From an uncultured Spirochaetota bacterium (GTDB lineage: Bacteria > Spirochaetota > Brevinematia > Brevinematales > JAOACQ01): a DNA stretch of 64,000 nucleotides. Shown piece by piece: positions 10,347 through 21,393 of this stretch. The notes below the pieces were generated by a model. It was not told the origin of the DNA. It made no database searches and saw only the letters and a program-made list of their open reading frames with translations. The position numbers and the translations under genes were made by a program. Within the stretch, counting starts at the first letter, position 1. Every line of letters begins with the position of its first letter. The stretch lies in assembly GCA_963783575.1 (NCBI GenBank), contig CAWAOD010000010.1, positions 168,807-232,806 on the forward strand, given 5' to 3'.

Positions 10347-11327
10347 ATGCCTTTTACATTCAAGAACACCCAAAAAGCCGTAGCCGCGTTTTTTTTAATA
10401 GGAATTTTTTTATTTTTTGCGATTTTGTTTTTAGTCGGTAAAGGCAGCGATTTATTCACCTTCAAGGACAATTATTATTCAAATTATGATGAAGGTTACG
10501 GAATCGGAGGCGGATCGATCATAAAATATAAAGGTATTAACATCGGAAAGGTTAGAAAAATTACCCTTACTGAAATGGATAAAATCAGGGTTGATTTATG
10601 GATAGACGCCGATTATACAAGAGTAGTCAAAGAAGGCTGTGTTATGAAAGTACAGACAAGCCTTTTAGGTTCGGCAAATCTGGAACTGGGTCCGACTATG
10701 TTAACCGATGCGGTGCTTATACCGCCCGGTAATGAGATCCTATCCTCCGATACAGAGAAAGGAAGAGAAATTATTGCAAAAGCTTCGGAACAGGTACAGA
10801 AAAAAGATGACCTTCAGGCAAAGGCAAAGGAAATTCTTGATTATATCGCATCGCTTAAACCGGTGATAAGCGGCACCCTGGCCAATGTCAGGGACTCTAC
10901 TGCAAGCGTAAAGTCAATTCTCGGCGGATTGAAGGGAGATGAAAGGACAGTTGTATCCGATAAACTCCTTGCGACTATAGACAGCACAATGTCTACAATT
11001 GAGAATGTAAAATCAATAGCTAAAACAATAAACGATTTTTCTACCCAGATAATATCAACAAATAATACAATCGGCGCTGTTGTTATGGATAACAAAACAC
11101 TTTACAATAAAATTGACAGCATGATGAATTCTATTGATGCATCACTAAAAAATGTCAAAACAATCAGTGATAAGCTCGTTAATACTCCTGAGGATGTGAA
11201 GAAACTAACATTCCTTTTGCAGGATAATCTTATTGAACTGAAGAAGGTTTTAGCAGGGATTAAAAATATCGTCGGCGGCGATAAGGTTGTTGAGAAAAAT
11301 ATTAATGCAGGGGATAGAAATCAATGA
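10347..11327 (+). CDS. mlaD: MlaD/MCE-domain protein with a long helical C-terminus
   Basis: N-terminal TM, IKYKGINIGKVRKI MCE motif, SLLG. Confidence 0.88.
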   Translation: MPFTFKNTQKAVAAFFLIGIFLFFAILFLVGKGSDLFTFKDNYYSNYDEGYGIGGGSIIKYKGINIGKVRKITLTEMDKIRVDLWIDADYTRVVKEGCVMKVQTSLLGSANLELGPTMLTDAVLIPPGNEILSSDTEKGREIIAKASEQVQKKDDLQAKAKEILDYIASLKPVISGTLANVRDSTASVKSILGGLKGDERTVVSDKLLATIDSTMSTIENVKSIAKTINDFSTQIISTNNTIGAVVMDNKTLYNKIDSMMNSIDASLKNVKTISDKLVNTPEDVKKLTFLLQDNLIELKKVLAGIKNIVGGDKVVEKNINAGDRNQ

Positions 11328-12187
11328 AACAAATTTTTATATTTATTATATTTATTATATTTATTTTATTATTTTCATCTTGCGGCAGTAAAAATCCAAC
11401 TATAAGAAATAATATAAAAAAGAATATTTCGGATAATTTATCTGTGGGTATTGAAAGCTACAAAAGTGGAAACCTGGAGTCTGCAACACTCTTTCTTCAG
11501 CAGGCTTTAAAAGACGCTTATTCCATTGACAGTATTGATGATATAATTCTTGTTCTGCAAAGCCTGACCGAAGTTAATTTGAAAAATGAAAATTATTCTC
11601 TGGCTTCAAATTATATTTTCCAGGCAGAGTCGCTCATCGGTATGGAAAATAATAATGACAACAATTTCTTAATCCAAAAAACAATCGGCAAATATTATGA
11701 AAAAACCGCGAAAACTCAGGAAGATTACAACAAATCTTATCAATATTATATTAAAGCATCCGAATCTGCAAAAAAAGATGAAGAGAAAGCTCAGGCATAT
11801 AATAATATAGGTACGGTCAAAATCGAGCTGAATCAACCGGATGAAGCACTGGAATGGTTTATTAAATCGAAAAATATCAATGAGTCAAAGAATATTTATG
11901 ATTCACTTGCAGATAATTATTACAATATCGGTGATATTTATGAGAAGAAAGGCAATTATGCCGAATCGCTGACAAATTACAATCTTGCTTTAAAAAACGA
12001 TAAAATTAGCGAACATCTGAGCGGAATAATTGAAGATCTTAAACGTATCGCTTCGGTCTATTCAAGAATGGGAAATAAAGATGTTTCCCTTGAATATTAC
12101 AACAGGGCTCTAAATGCGGCGGTCAGTATTAATGATAAAAATCAATCGGATCAGATAAAAAGATTAATTGATGATCAAAGCCATTGA
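11324..12187 (+). CDS. TPR-repeat lipoprotein
   Basis: Lipobox FSSC; AQAYNNIG and ADNYYNIG TPR motifs. Confidence 0.88.
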   Translation: MKQIFIFIIFIIFILLFSSCGSKNPTIRNNIKKNISDNLSVGIESYKSGNLESATLFLQQALKDAYSIDSIDDIILVLQSLTEVNLKNENYSLASNYIFQAESLIGMENNNDNNFLIQKTIGKYYEKTAKTQEDYNKSYQYYIKASESAKKDEEKAQAYNNIGTVKIELNQPDEALEWFIKSKNINESKNIYDSLADNYYNIGDIYEKKGNYAESLTNYNLALKNDKISEHLSGIIEDLKRIASVYSRMGNKDVSLEYYNRALNAAVSINDKNQSDQIKRLIDDQSH

Positions 12188-12198
12188 TCTTATGAATT

Positions 12199-13368
<1,170 letters not shown>

Positions 13369-13371
13369 TTA

Positions 13372-16300
13372 TTACTGGTATCTTGCAGGGACAAATTTCT
13401 TGTTATAGTCGGGGAACCCTATCCCGTTTAATTCTGATGTTTTAAATGTAATAGTTATTTGTGGTTCCCAGAACAAAATCTGCGCAGTTGGATCTTCTTG
13501 CCTGGTTAAAGAGAAACTCAAGCTCATCACCCATTCATTCAAATAATGATCAAGTTCAAATTGGTATTTCTGGATTTTAAAATTTCCTCGCTTTAACGCA
13601 TCATAATCCAGAATATTGACGCTGTCCAGCAGGTTTCCCCAGAATTCGATGTAAGGCTGCTGATACCTTGCCACGTTATCCTTAAAATATTGGTAAAGCC
13701 TTGTGTTTTGAACAACAGTTTGAAAACTTAAGCTCCAATATGGATTAAATAACATGGACAAATTCACATTTAGATTGAATATTGAATTTATCGGGTTCAA
13801 AAAGTCCCAATGAAACGAACTGGCAAAGGTTAAATTTGAGATTTCATAAACCACAAGCCCATAAGTTTTCACAATTGAATATTGAGAATTCACGTCTAAT
13901 GTTAAATTTGTTTGTTTAATCAAATCATAATTATAAGTAATTACCGGGAGCGGATTGAATTGATTCGGAGGACTAAAAGCCAGCGTCAATGGGATTGTTC
14001 CGATTGGGGTTAACCTGTTTGTAAAATTATCCATTGTTAATGCAAAATAATTCGTTTTCGTTTCCATGATATCCAATGTAAATCCTGTTGAAGCAGAAAG
14101 CCATGTTATTTTTAAAGCAGTATTGGCAGTCAATTGTCTTTGAGTGATATTATTCAGGATTATATCGTCTACATCATTTGTAATCCTGTACTTAATAAAA
14201 TGCGAGCCGCTTATACTGTAATCCAGATTATCCTTAAACATATTGAACCCGGTTCTCAGGCTTGTATTATGCGTATATTCGAGGGGTGTCGCTGCGTATG
14301 TCGTACGAAAAATCTGGTAATTAAATGTATGGTCAATAGTATAAGGGAAATCAACCTGCCAGATTGAATTGCTGTTAATTATATATGTTTTATTAATCGA
14401 TGCATCGCTTGTAAAATCCAATTCATAACCTGATTGATTGAGGTTATTATAATCTTCATTTGTGAAAGTAGACCAGTATTTATTATTATTAAAAGTAAAA
14501 GTGTTGTTCCAATTTATAAAGCTGTTAAAAAGCCTCCCGTTAATGGCATAGGTGCCTGTCTCAACATGATGATACAGGTCGGAAACAGGAGTCGACTGCA
14601 GATTGGTATCAAGCGTTTCAGAAGGCGTATAATTGACATTGGCATTAAGAGATGAAGAAAAACTATACAGCTCAAAGTTGTTTGTGGTTATCTGGTAAAC
14701 AGCGGCGGATGGAGCCGGTTTTTGATTTGTGTCCTTCTGATCTATATTTTGTTGAGGCTGATTGGTTTTATCCTGCTGTACACTTTGATTATTTGTATCC
14801 TGCGATCCGGAAGATAATTTTGATGTACCTGTCTGTATACTGGTATTAAATCCTCCCGTCTGGTTTATATATTGACTGCTGATATCGTTGCCGGAAGTAT
14901 TTAAATTGCTTTCAATTTTATTTGATTTAAAATCGTCCTGAGGTGATTTGCCTTCATTCGTAAAAATTTGATTTGTTCCATCGGATTCGTTTGTAAGTTT
15001 ATTACTTTCGATAGTATGATTTTTTTCAAGATAGGCATTCGCGTCTTCATTCAGTCTGAGGCTGATATTTGTGTTAGAAGCCTTAAGTGTTTTTGAAACA
15101 GGGAACGTGTAATTGACATCCTTGAATATGTCAATATTCCCAAGTGTATAAGACATATTTGGAAAATTCACATTATATAAATAGAATTTATACCTATCGT
15201 TCAAATAAACATTTGAAACGGAAGGGTCAACCCAATAATTATACTGCCAGTTTCCCGATAATTGAAAATTTTTGTATTGGAGTAAAAAGCTTCTTGAATA
15301 AGTAGTAAAAGAAATTCCGGAATCATCCCTGCCGGCCCCATAAAAATTATTGTCGGAATTTAAAATTGCTTCTTTAACGGGATCAAATGATTCTCTTCGC
15401 GTATTATATTTTCTGCTGAAAAATGGATCATTAAGATCTTCCCAGCTAATTGCAAGGTTGATATCATTTGTTTCAATTACTGTTTGGACCTTATAATGCC
15501 AGGCAAGCTGCTGAATATTGGTATAATAGTTTGTCGGCTGACCGTTTATAGTATCATTTACCAGAACCTGCTGGGAATACCTGTCATTAACCGAATCATA
15601 CATAACACGAACGTCGTTCGCCGCTTCACCGAAAAAACTTATGCTTTTGAATAATCCGATTTTATTGTTACTGTTCAACTTCAATTGAGAATACTGTCCC
15701 AGTCTTTCATAAACATCCAGGCCTACAGATGAATTAAAGTTGCCAAAATCGAAATAAGCAGTATTCATCAAATACCATCCAATCCTGATTTCCTGGCCGA
15801 AAGAAGTTTTTATTCCTGTAAATTTTTCCCATCTGAAATAAAACGGCATATAAAAAAAATCTCCCTGGCCAACCGTATATGTATCATGAAGAGCAAATAT
15901 GATATCTCCCTTAAAATACCATAGTTTTTGTGCAAAAAATTGGTATTGCGGTAACTCCGCAGGTGTAAAAGTCAGATTGACATCTTCCAGAACAACCCTG
16001 TCATCCGAGAGTATCGTAACTTTTTTGGCATGATAATACCAGCCGTTAGACGCGCTTAAAAGTCCAATAGAGCCGCCCGATTGTTTGATATATGACCGGA
16101 CATTTTTCAATGTCCCCTTTTTTGTCTCGGGATTGAAATTCATATAATCCGCCAGATAGATGCTGTCGCCGTAATGAAACTCAACCTTTTCATATGCGGC
16201 AATTTCCAGTATTTTATTACCGCTTGAAGTGATGATAACTGTTCTGGCTTTAAGTATATTACCTTCAAAACGTATTTTAACGTTCCCGAGAAATTTTATA

Positions 16301-16569
16301 TGCGTTACATTATCCTTCTCAAAATTCTGAATAACCACTTCGTCATAATTATCAAAAATAATATTGTTGTTTGGGTTCGCGTTTGATATATTAATTTCAC
16401 TTACAAATTGATTGGATATGTTTATATTGTTTGAATTAGATAAAATTAAATTTGTATTATTAATATTGGTGTTATTTATATTTGTATTAATAATATTAGT
16501 TGCTGAATATGCATGATAGAAGAAAAAAAGAAAAAGAACGGTTATTAAAATTTTCATTTTCAAGATCAA
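13372..16569 (-). CDS. Large exported/outer-membrane protein, LptD-like (start may be ATG 16557)
   Basis: Signal peptide; OstA-like beta-jellyroll N-domain (FLGNVKIRFEGNILKA); FFYMPFY; aromatic-rich beta strands. Confidence 0.6.
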   Translation of the reverse strand: MILKMKILITVLFLFFFYHAYSATNIINTNINNTNINNTNLILSNSNNINISNQFVSEINISNANPNNNIIFDNYDEVVIQNFEKDNVTHIKFLGNVKIRFEGNILKARTVIITSSGNKILEIAAYEKVEFHYGDSIYLADYMNFNPETKKGTLKNVRSYIKQSGGSIGLLSASNGWYYHAKKVTILSDDRVVLEDVNLTFTPAELPQYQFFAQKLWYFKGDIIFALHDTYTVGQGDFFYMPFYFRWEKFTGIKTSFGQEIRIGWYLMNTAYFDFGNFNSSVGLDVYERLGQYSQLKLNSNNKIGLFKSISFFGEAANDVRVMYDSVNDRYSQQVLVNDTINGQPTNYYTNIQQLAWHYKVQTVIETNDINLAISWEDLNDPFFSRKYNTRRESFDPVKEAILNSDNNFYGAGRDDSGISFTTYSRSFLLQYKNFQLSGNWQYNYWVDPSVSNVYLNDRYKFYLYNVNFPNMSYTLGNIDIFKDVNYTFPVSKTLKASNTNISLRLNEDANAYLEKNHTIESNKLTNESDGTNQIFTNEGKSPQDDFKSNKIESNLNTSGNDISSQYINQTGGFNTSIQTGTSKLSSGSQDTNNQSVQQDKTNQPQQNIDQKDTNQKPAPSAAVYQITTNNFELYSFSSSLNANVNYTPSETLDTNLQSTPVSDLYHHVETGTYAINGRLFNSFINWNNTFTFNNNKYWSTFTNEDYNNLNQSGYELDFTSDASINKTYIINSNSIWQVDFPYTIDHTFNYQIFRTTYAATPLEYTHNTSLRTGFNMFKDNLDYSISGSHFIKYRITNDVDDIILNNITQRQLTANTALKITWLSASTGFTLDIMETKTNYFALTMDNFTNRLTPIGTIPLTLAFSPPNQFNPLPVITYNYDLIKQTNLTLDVNSQYSIVKTYGLVVYEISNLTFASSFHWDFLNPINSIFNLNVNLSMLFNPYWSLSFQTVVQNTRLYQYFKDNVARYQQPYIEFWGNLLDSVNILDYDALKRGNFKIQKYQFELDHYLNEWVMSLSFSLTRQEDPTAQILFWEPQITITFKTSELNGIGFPDYNKKFVPARYQ

Positions 16570-16679
16570 TGGAAATCTCCAATGAATAATTTATCAGGTA
16601 TAATGCTTTTTTTCAAACTTTATTTACATAAAAAACTATAAGAAATTTTATAGATAATTTTATCTGGACTACTTCAATT

Positions 16680-16775
16680 TAATGATGAACCGGCGAAACG
16701 CTGTTTTTTTATTAACTGCAACAAAAGACCGTTAAGTAAACCACGGATTTGCCCGGCATTCACAGGTCATCATTA
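16680..16775 (-). ncRNA. Candidate ~96-nt rod-like structured RNA (unassigned)
   Basis: Perfect 9-bp closing helix TAATGATGA/TCATCATTA plus further helices with G-U pairs that favour the minus strand. Confidence 0.35.
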
Positions 16776-16925
16776 TAAGGCCACAAATAAAAACAATCAA
16801 TTTTGTAGTTCTTAAACAACTTATCTATTTAAATGAAAAATGAAGTGATTAACAAATCGAAAGGAACCGGAATGACATGAGAGAATTTTAAAGAAAGGAT
16901 TGTATTTTTGAAATACTAACTGGAA

Positions 16926-17147
16926 TTATAGATCTTTCTGGTCTATATAACCTTCAAGCATAGCTTTACTTATATTTTCCGCTAATTTTTCTATTGCAAA
17001 GGATATATATTTCGGGTCATTAATTTTTTTACGTAATACTTCCATTCTAGCATCAGATAAAGAACTGGAATTTGTTTTAACAATAATCCGATGAAAATTC
17101 CGTTTTTTTTCCAATAATACTTCTTCAATCACTTTTTTCTCCCTCAA
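16926..17147 (-). CDS. Small protein with a FlgM-like C-terminal motif
   Basis: ARMEVLRKKINDPKYISFAIEKLAENI resembles the FlgM C-terminal helices; last gene of a flagellum-related block. Confidence 0.5.
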   Translation of the reverse strand: MREKKVIEEVLLEKKRNFHRIIVKTNSSSLSDARMEVLRKKINDPKYISFAIEKLAENISKAMLEGYIDQKDL

Positions 17148-17163
17148 TCTCTTATGGAAAAAA

Positions 17164-17547
17164 CTAATAAAAGCCTTTTATATGTTTCATTTCAAAACAA
17201 TCATCAACATCTTCTTTATCCTTTCTGCCGCATTTTATAAAAATTGCATCAACCCTAATTTCCTTAAAATTAATTCCGCTTTCACTGATATAAATTTCGG
17301 CACTTTTTAAAATCTTTTTAATTTTTATTTTATTTATTGTCCTTTCAATCTCAAGCAGCTGATCACCTCTTCTTGTTTTCACCTCAACAAGGACCAAGCA
17401 TCCCTCATCCTTAAAAATAAGATCGATTTCTCCAAATTTTGTATGATAATTTGAAGCAAGAAATTCATATCCCCGAGAAACCAGGTATTCTTTACCTATT
17501 GTTTCCCCTTTACGGCCCAGATTTATTTTATCAACTTTTATTTTCAT
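17164..17547 (-). CDS. yraN: YraN-family (UPF0102) putative endonuclease
   Basis: GRKGE, NYHTKFGEIDLI, LVEVKTR, RVDAI. Confidence 0.93.
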   Translation of the reverse strand: MKIKVDKINLGRKGETIGKEYLVSRGYEFLASNYHTKFGEIDLIFKDEGCLVLVEVKTRRGDQLLEIERTINKIKIKKILKSAEIYISESGINFKEIRVDAIFIKCGRKDKEDVDDCFEMKHIKGFY

Positions 17548-18688
17548 TACTGACTAATTTTGATTGTATGGCTTTAACTATATAAATATCCGTTTCCCTG
17601 GACAGTTTGATTACTTGACCGTTTTCAACTTCATCTCCGAATTCATCCCTCATTACTTTCACTGTCGGGCGGAAAGGAGAAACAGGATCGGCAGCAACAA
17701 CTTTTGCAATTGCATTGGTATTAAGTTGAACAAAGCATCCAACCGGATAAATTGACATAAGCCCTAGAAATACTTTCAAAATTTCCGGATCCAGTTTTTT
17801 TGAACCCTCACCCAAAACCATTTTCATCGCGTCATAGGACTCTTTCCCTTCGCGGTAAACCCTATCCTTTGTGAGTGCTTCATAAGTATCAACAACAGCA
17901 ATAATTTTACTCATTTCGGACATTTCATAACCCTTAATTTTACGGGGATACCCTGTGCCGTCAAACCTCTCATGGTGTTCAAGCCCTACTCTGGCAATTT
18001 CAATGGGGAAATTCAAATCTTTTGCTATTACCTGATAACTGTGAACCGGATGAGTTTTAACCTGATTATATTCATCAGGGCTGAGTTTCTCTTCTTTTTC
18101 AGTAATATAAGCTGGTATTTTTATCATCCCCACATCATAAACCAGTGCCGCCAAAGCAAGATTTACCAGTTTAACCATTGAATAACCAAGCCTCTGCCCC
18201 AATATAACCGAAAGAATCGCGGTATTAATAATGTGATTGGCCAGATAATCGCCCTTACCTGCTATGTTAACAAGGTTTATAAAAATCTCTGGTCTTTTTT
18301 CAGCCATTATAGAATTTGCCATTTTAGTAGCAAGTGTTTGTATCTTATCAGGATCAAATCCCTGGCCGTTCCTGAATTTATTATACTGAACTCCAATGAT
18401 ATTCAGGCATTCCTGATAAAAATCCACATATTTTGCCGTTTCTTTATCAACGACAATCTTTTTTTTCTCAATCCCCTTATTTTCATATTCAATGGAAAGG
18501 GCCTTTTCTTCCATTATTTCTCCTGCGGTTTCAACATGTGTTATGTGTCTTGATTTCAAATTACTCAGCGTAAATTCATCCAATACTTTTCCCGCAGGCA
18601 GCACTATATTTAAATTGATGTCAAAAAGCGATTTGGAAAATCTAATACCAGGCTTTAAATCATCAATTATAATCTTGTGCATGGGCAT
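17531..18688 (-). CDS. HD-GYP domain c-di-GMP phosphodiesterase-like protein
   Basis: HHERFDGTGYP, IIAVVDTYEALT; the HD position reads YD (VYDVGM). Confidence 0.9.
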   Translation of the reverse strand: MPMHKIIIDDLKPGIRFSKSLFDINLNIVLPAGKVLDEFTLSNLKSRHITHVETAGEIMEEKALSIEYENKGIEKKKIVVDKETAKYVDFYQECLNIIGVQYNKFRNGQGFDPDKIQTLATKMANSIMAEKRPEIFINLVNIAGKGDYLANHIINTAILSVILGQRLGYSMVKLVNLALAALVYDVGMIKIPAYITEKEEKLSPDEYNQVKTHPVHSYQVIAKDLNFPIEIARVGLEHHERFDGTGYPRKIKGYEMSEMSKIIAVVDTYEALTKDRVYREGKESYDAMKMVLGEGSKKLDPEILKVFLGLMSIYPVGCFVQLNTNAIAKVVAADPVSPFRPTVKVMRDEFGDEVENGQVIKLSRETDIYIVKAIQSKLVSNENKS

Positions 18689-18719
18689 AATAATTCTCCC
18701 GCAATTTAAATTTTAAATT

Positions 18720-18986
18720 TCAACCTTTTAAAGAATAAATAAAACTGAAAATTTCAGCAACAATTGTATATAATTCAACCGGAATTTCTTCATTTTGTTT
18801 TAACCGGTACAATGATTCCGCCAATTTATCATTTCTATAAACCGGAATATTATTTTTCCTTGCCAGTGAAACAATATAATCTCCTAAAGCTCCAACCCCT
18901 TTTGCAAGTATATAAGGGGCTTCATTAATCGCATTATCGTATTTTAAAGCTACAGCTCTGTTCTGCATAGCATACTTGTTCTGCAT
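18720..18986 (-). CDS. Stand-alone FlhB/EscU C-terminal-like protein
   Basis: AVALKYD..EAPYILAKG.G, IPV, EEIPVELYTIVAEIF. Confidence 0.9.
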   Translation of the reverse strand: MQNKYAMQNRAVALKYDNAINEAPYILAKGVGALGDYIVSLARKNNIPVYRNDKLAESLYRLKQNEEIPVELYTIVAEIFSFIYSLKG

Positions 18987-19022
18987 AGCATCCTCCTTTT
19001 GAGTTTCATTTTTTTATATAAT

Positions 19023-20048
19023 TCAAACTGAAATATCTATGTTAAATATACCGCTGAAATCATCCTTTATCTGAAATAAATCTTCTTTCTGCCAGAAAAG
19101 AAATTGATTTTTTAATTCGCAGATTCTCAGCGATACTCTTTTATCTGGCAATAATCTGCCGATCTTTTTATTTAGAATTTCATAATCTATTTTTTTGTTT
19201 AAATACTCATTATACAGGTTTTTATTAATAAAAACATTAACCAGGCACTCCATTTTTTGAAGATCTATTACTATTAATACTTTTCCAAATTCTTCATTGT
19301 CAATATTAAAATAAAACTTCCGGGAATCATTTTCATTTGAGATTCTTTGTTGAATAATCAAATCCTTTCCCTCATAAAAAACATTATATGTTTTAAAAGA
19401 ACTCTCCTCGCCAAAATATTTATAAAAAACATTATCAAGGATTCTTTCTTCACCGGATTTTTTTTCATTAAATATATCAATTAAATTCAAAATATTCTTT
19501 TTCTCAGATTTGTTTTTAATAATCTTTTTATAAATTGAATTTAGATTGAAAAAAAAATCCGGGAAATCAATATCAATTACATAACCCTTTTCAATAAAAT
19601 TAAGCATTATATCACAAAAAACCTCACCATATTTCAATACTGCCAGATTGAGCAGTTTTATCATTGAAATATCCAGTTTACTGCCTATTGAATGCAGCTT
19701 AACAGCAGACCGGATATTTTCTTCTGATAAAGGCATGTTGTTATCAAGCAGAAATAACCTGGTTTGATCAATAAACTTTTTTTTACCGATTTCATCAAAA
19801 TCTTTTGAATTTTTAAGAGAACTTAAAACTCTCAGCCGGATCGATTTTCTTTCCTGCTCACCTGAAATCTCTATTAAAGCAAGAAAATTATCCGGTACTT
19901 CGGTTTCAATATTTGCCTCAGTTTTAAAACCATTAATTTCAATTACAGCAGAATTATCTTTTCTTTCAATAATCTTAACATTAACAATTGTTAATGGCTA
20001 CAGGATATTCTTATCTAAAAATTCAACATGATTTAATTGAATGTTCAA
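19023..20048 (-). CDS. Hypothetical protein, possibly FliK-like, with an in-frame TAG at codon 17
   Basis: GGGGGA RBS and TTG at 20048 are in frame with ORF 19023..19736. The only interruption is TAG at 20000-19998. C-terminal EFGKVLIVI..LVNVFI resembles the FliK C-domain; upstream of FlhB-C. Confidence 0.55.
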
Positions 20049-20278
20049 AAGTCCCCCGTCTGGAACAAGCTTTATGCTTGTTCAAAATCCATAATCCACT
20101 TCAAAAAAAAAGATTTTTAAAACACAGATGGTTATTTCTCTTATCGGAATTTTTCCTGAATAGATAATTATTATTGATAATTTGCATCTTTTCAGGTATT
20201 ATTATACTTATTTTAATGAATGTAAGAAATATTAATATTTTTTTTATTATTTGCTCTTTTTACTGCAGGAGAAATCGC

Positions 20279-20791
20279 ATGGCCGGCGACACCTTTGAAC
20301 TTTTTTTTAAAGAGAATGAAAATACGCTTTATAAGATAATCAGAAGTTATGTAAAATCTCCTGACACAGCAAAGGATATTGTTCTTGAAACCATGATGAA
20401 AATATATGAGCGATGGGAAAATGTTCAATACTTTGAAAATAGTGTAGGATATGCTGTAAGAATAGGTATTAATATGGCCAAGAAAAATTTAATGGAAAAC
20501 AAATTAAAATCATTTTTACCAATTCTGGGAGATGATGGCAATCAAAATCTTGCTTCCAATACTTATAATCCTGAAAACAGTGTCCTAAAAGATGAAGAAG
20601 ATACATGGCTTGAGCAGGAACTTTATAAATTAAAAGAAATTGAAAGAAATGTTATAATCTTAAAAGATATAGATAAAAAAAAATTCGAAGAGATCGCTGG
20701 AATTTTCAACCAAAAACTTTCTACTGTAAAATCACATTACAGAAGGGGAAAAATCAAATTATCCAAAAAATTGGAGGAAATATATGAATAA
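20279..20791 (+). CDS. ECF-type RNA polymerase sigma factor
   Basis: AGGAG RBS before ATG 20279; AKDIVLETMMKIY (region 2); FEEIAGIFNQKLSTVKSHYRRG (region 4). Confidence 0.9.
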   Translation: MAGDTFELFFKENENTLYKIIRSYVKSPDTAKDIVLETMMKIYERWENVQYFENSVGYAVRIGINMAKKNLMENKLKSFLPILGDDGNQNLASNTYNPENSVLKDEEDTWLEQELYKLKEIERNVIILKDIDKKKFEEIAGIFNQKLSTVKSHYRRGKIKLSKKLEEIYE

Positions 20792-21302
20792 TTCAATTAA
20801 ATGCGATCAATTTATGGAATGGATCGATCATTCCGGTGAAAACGAAATAAATAATATGCCGAAAGTTATGGAAGATCATATAAAAATCTGCCGCGATTGC
20901 TATTATTATCGTATGGTTTCATTAAAATTAAACAAAAATTCTTTACAGAGTGAAAAAATTGAAATCTGGCAGGAATTTGAGGATTTATGGCCGCTGGCAG
21001 AGGAAAAAGAAAAATATTCTGCTGTCAGAAGATCCCGCTTAAAACTTGCCGGTGCTGTTTTAAGCTTTATTCTTGTTGCGGGTGTTTTTATTGGGATTTA
21101 TAATTTCAATCTTAATGTAAAGAATACTGATAATTTCAATATGAACAACAGCAACTTTGTAAATAACGGATTTAAAAATAACACGCCTGCAAATATTTAT
21201 AATAAAAGCGGTAATTATGGCAACTCCGTGATTTCGGACGCAGGTTATTATTATGAAACAAGCGATCTGGATTACTATTATGATATATCGATGCAGATGT
21301 AA
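20784..21302 (+). CDS. Zinc-binding transmembrane anti-sigma factor
   Basis: HxxxCxxC (DHIKICRDC) followed by one TM helix; overlaps the ECF gene. Confidence 0.8.
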   Translation: MNNSIKCDQFMEWIDHSGENEINNMPKVMEDHIKICRDCYYYRMVSLKLNKNSLQSEKIEIWQEFEDLWPLAEEKEKYSAVRRSRLKLAGAVLSFILVAGVFIGIYNFNLNVKNTDNFNMNNSNFVNNGFKNNTPANIYNKSGNYGNSVISDAGYYYETSDLDYYYDISMQM

Positions 21303-21393
21303 GATTTTTGACGGTTATTGTTGGTTTTTTTATAATAATCAAGCAGCCTTGTCCTGAGCTTGACGAAGGGGCATGCTTGTTAAGGAGTTTATA

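Noticed and set aside
16680..16775. c-di-GMP-I riboswitch, hammerhead ribozyme or SRP RNA
   Set aside because: GGGCAAA and TGATGA fragments occur, but the remaining conserved cores (GAAA tetraloop stem with GCAAAGC; CTGANGA; CAGG..GGAAG..AGCAG) are missing.
19998..20000. Genome-wide TAG recoding
   Set aside because: TAG terminates several intact genes here, for example mlaE, the antitoxin, mnmG and gltA.
20140..20175. sigma28 promoter (TCCGATAA on the minus strand) for the FliK-like block
   Set aside because: No TAAA -35 at the right spacing; too weak to call.
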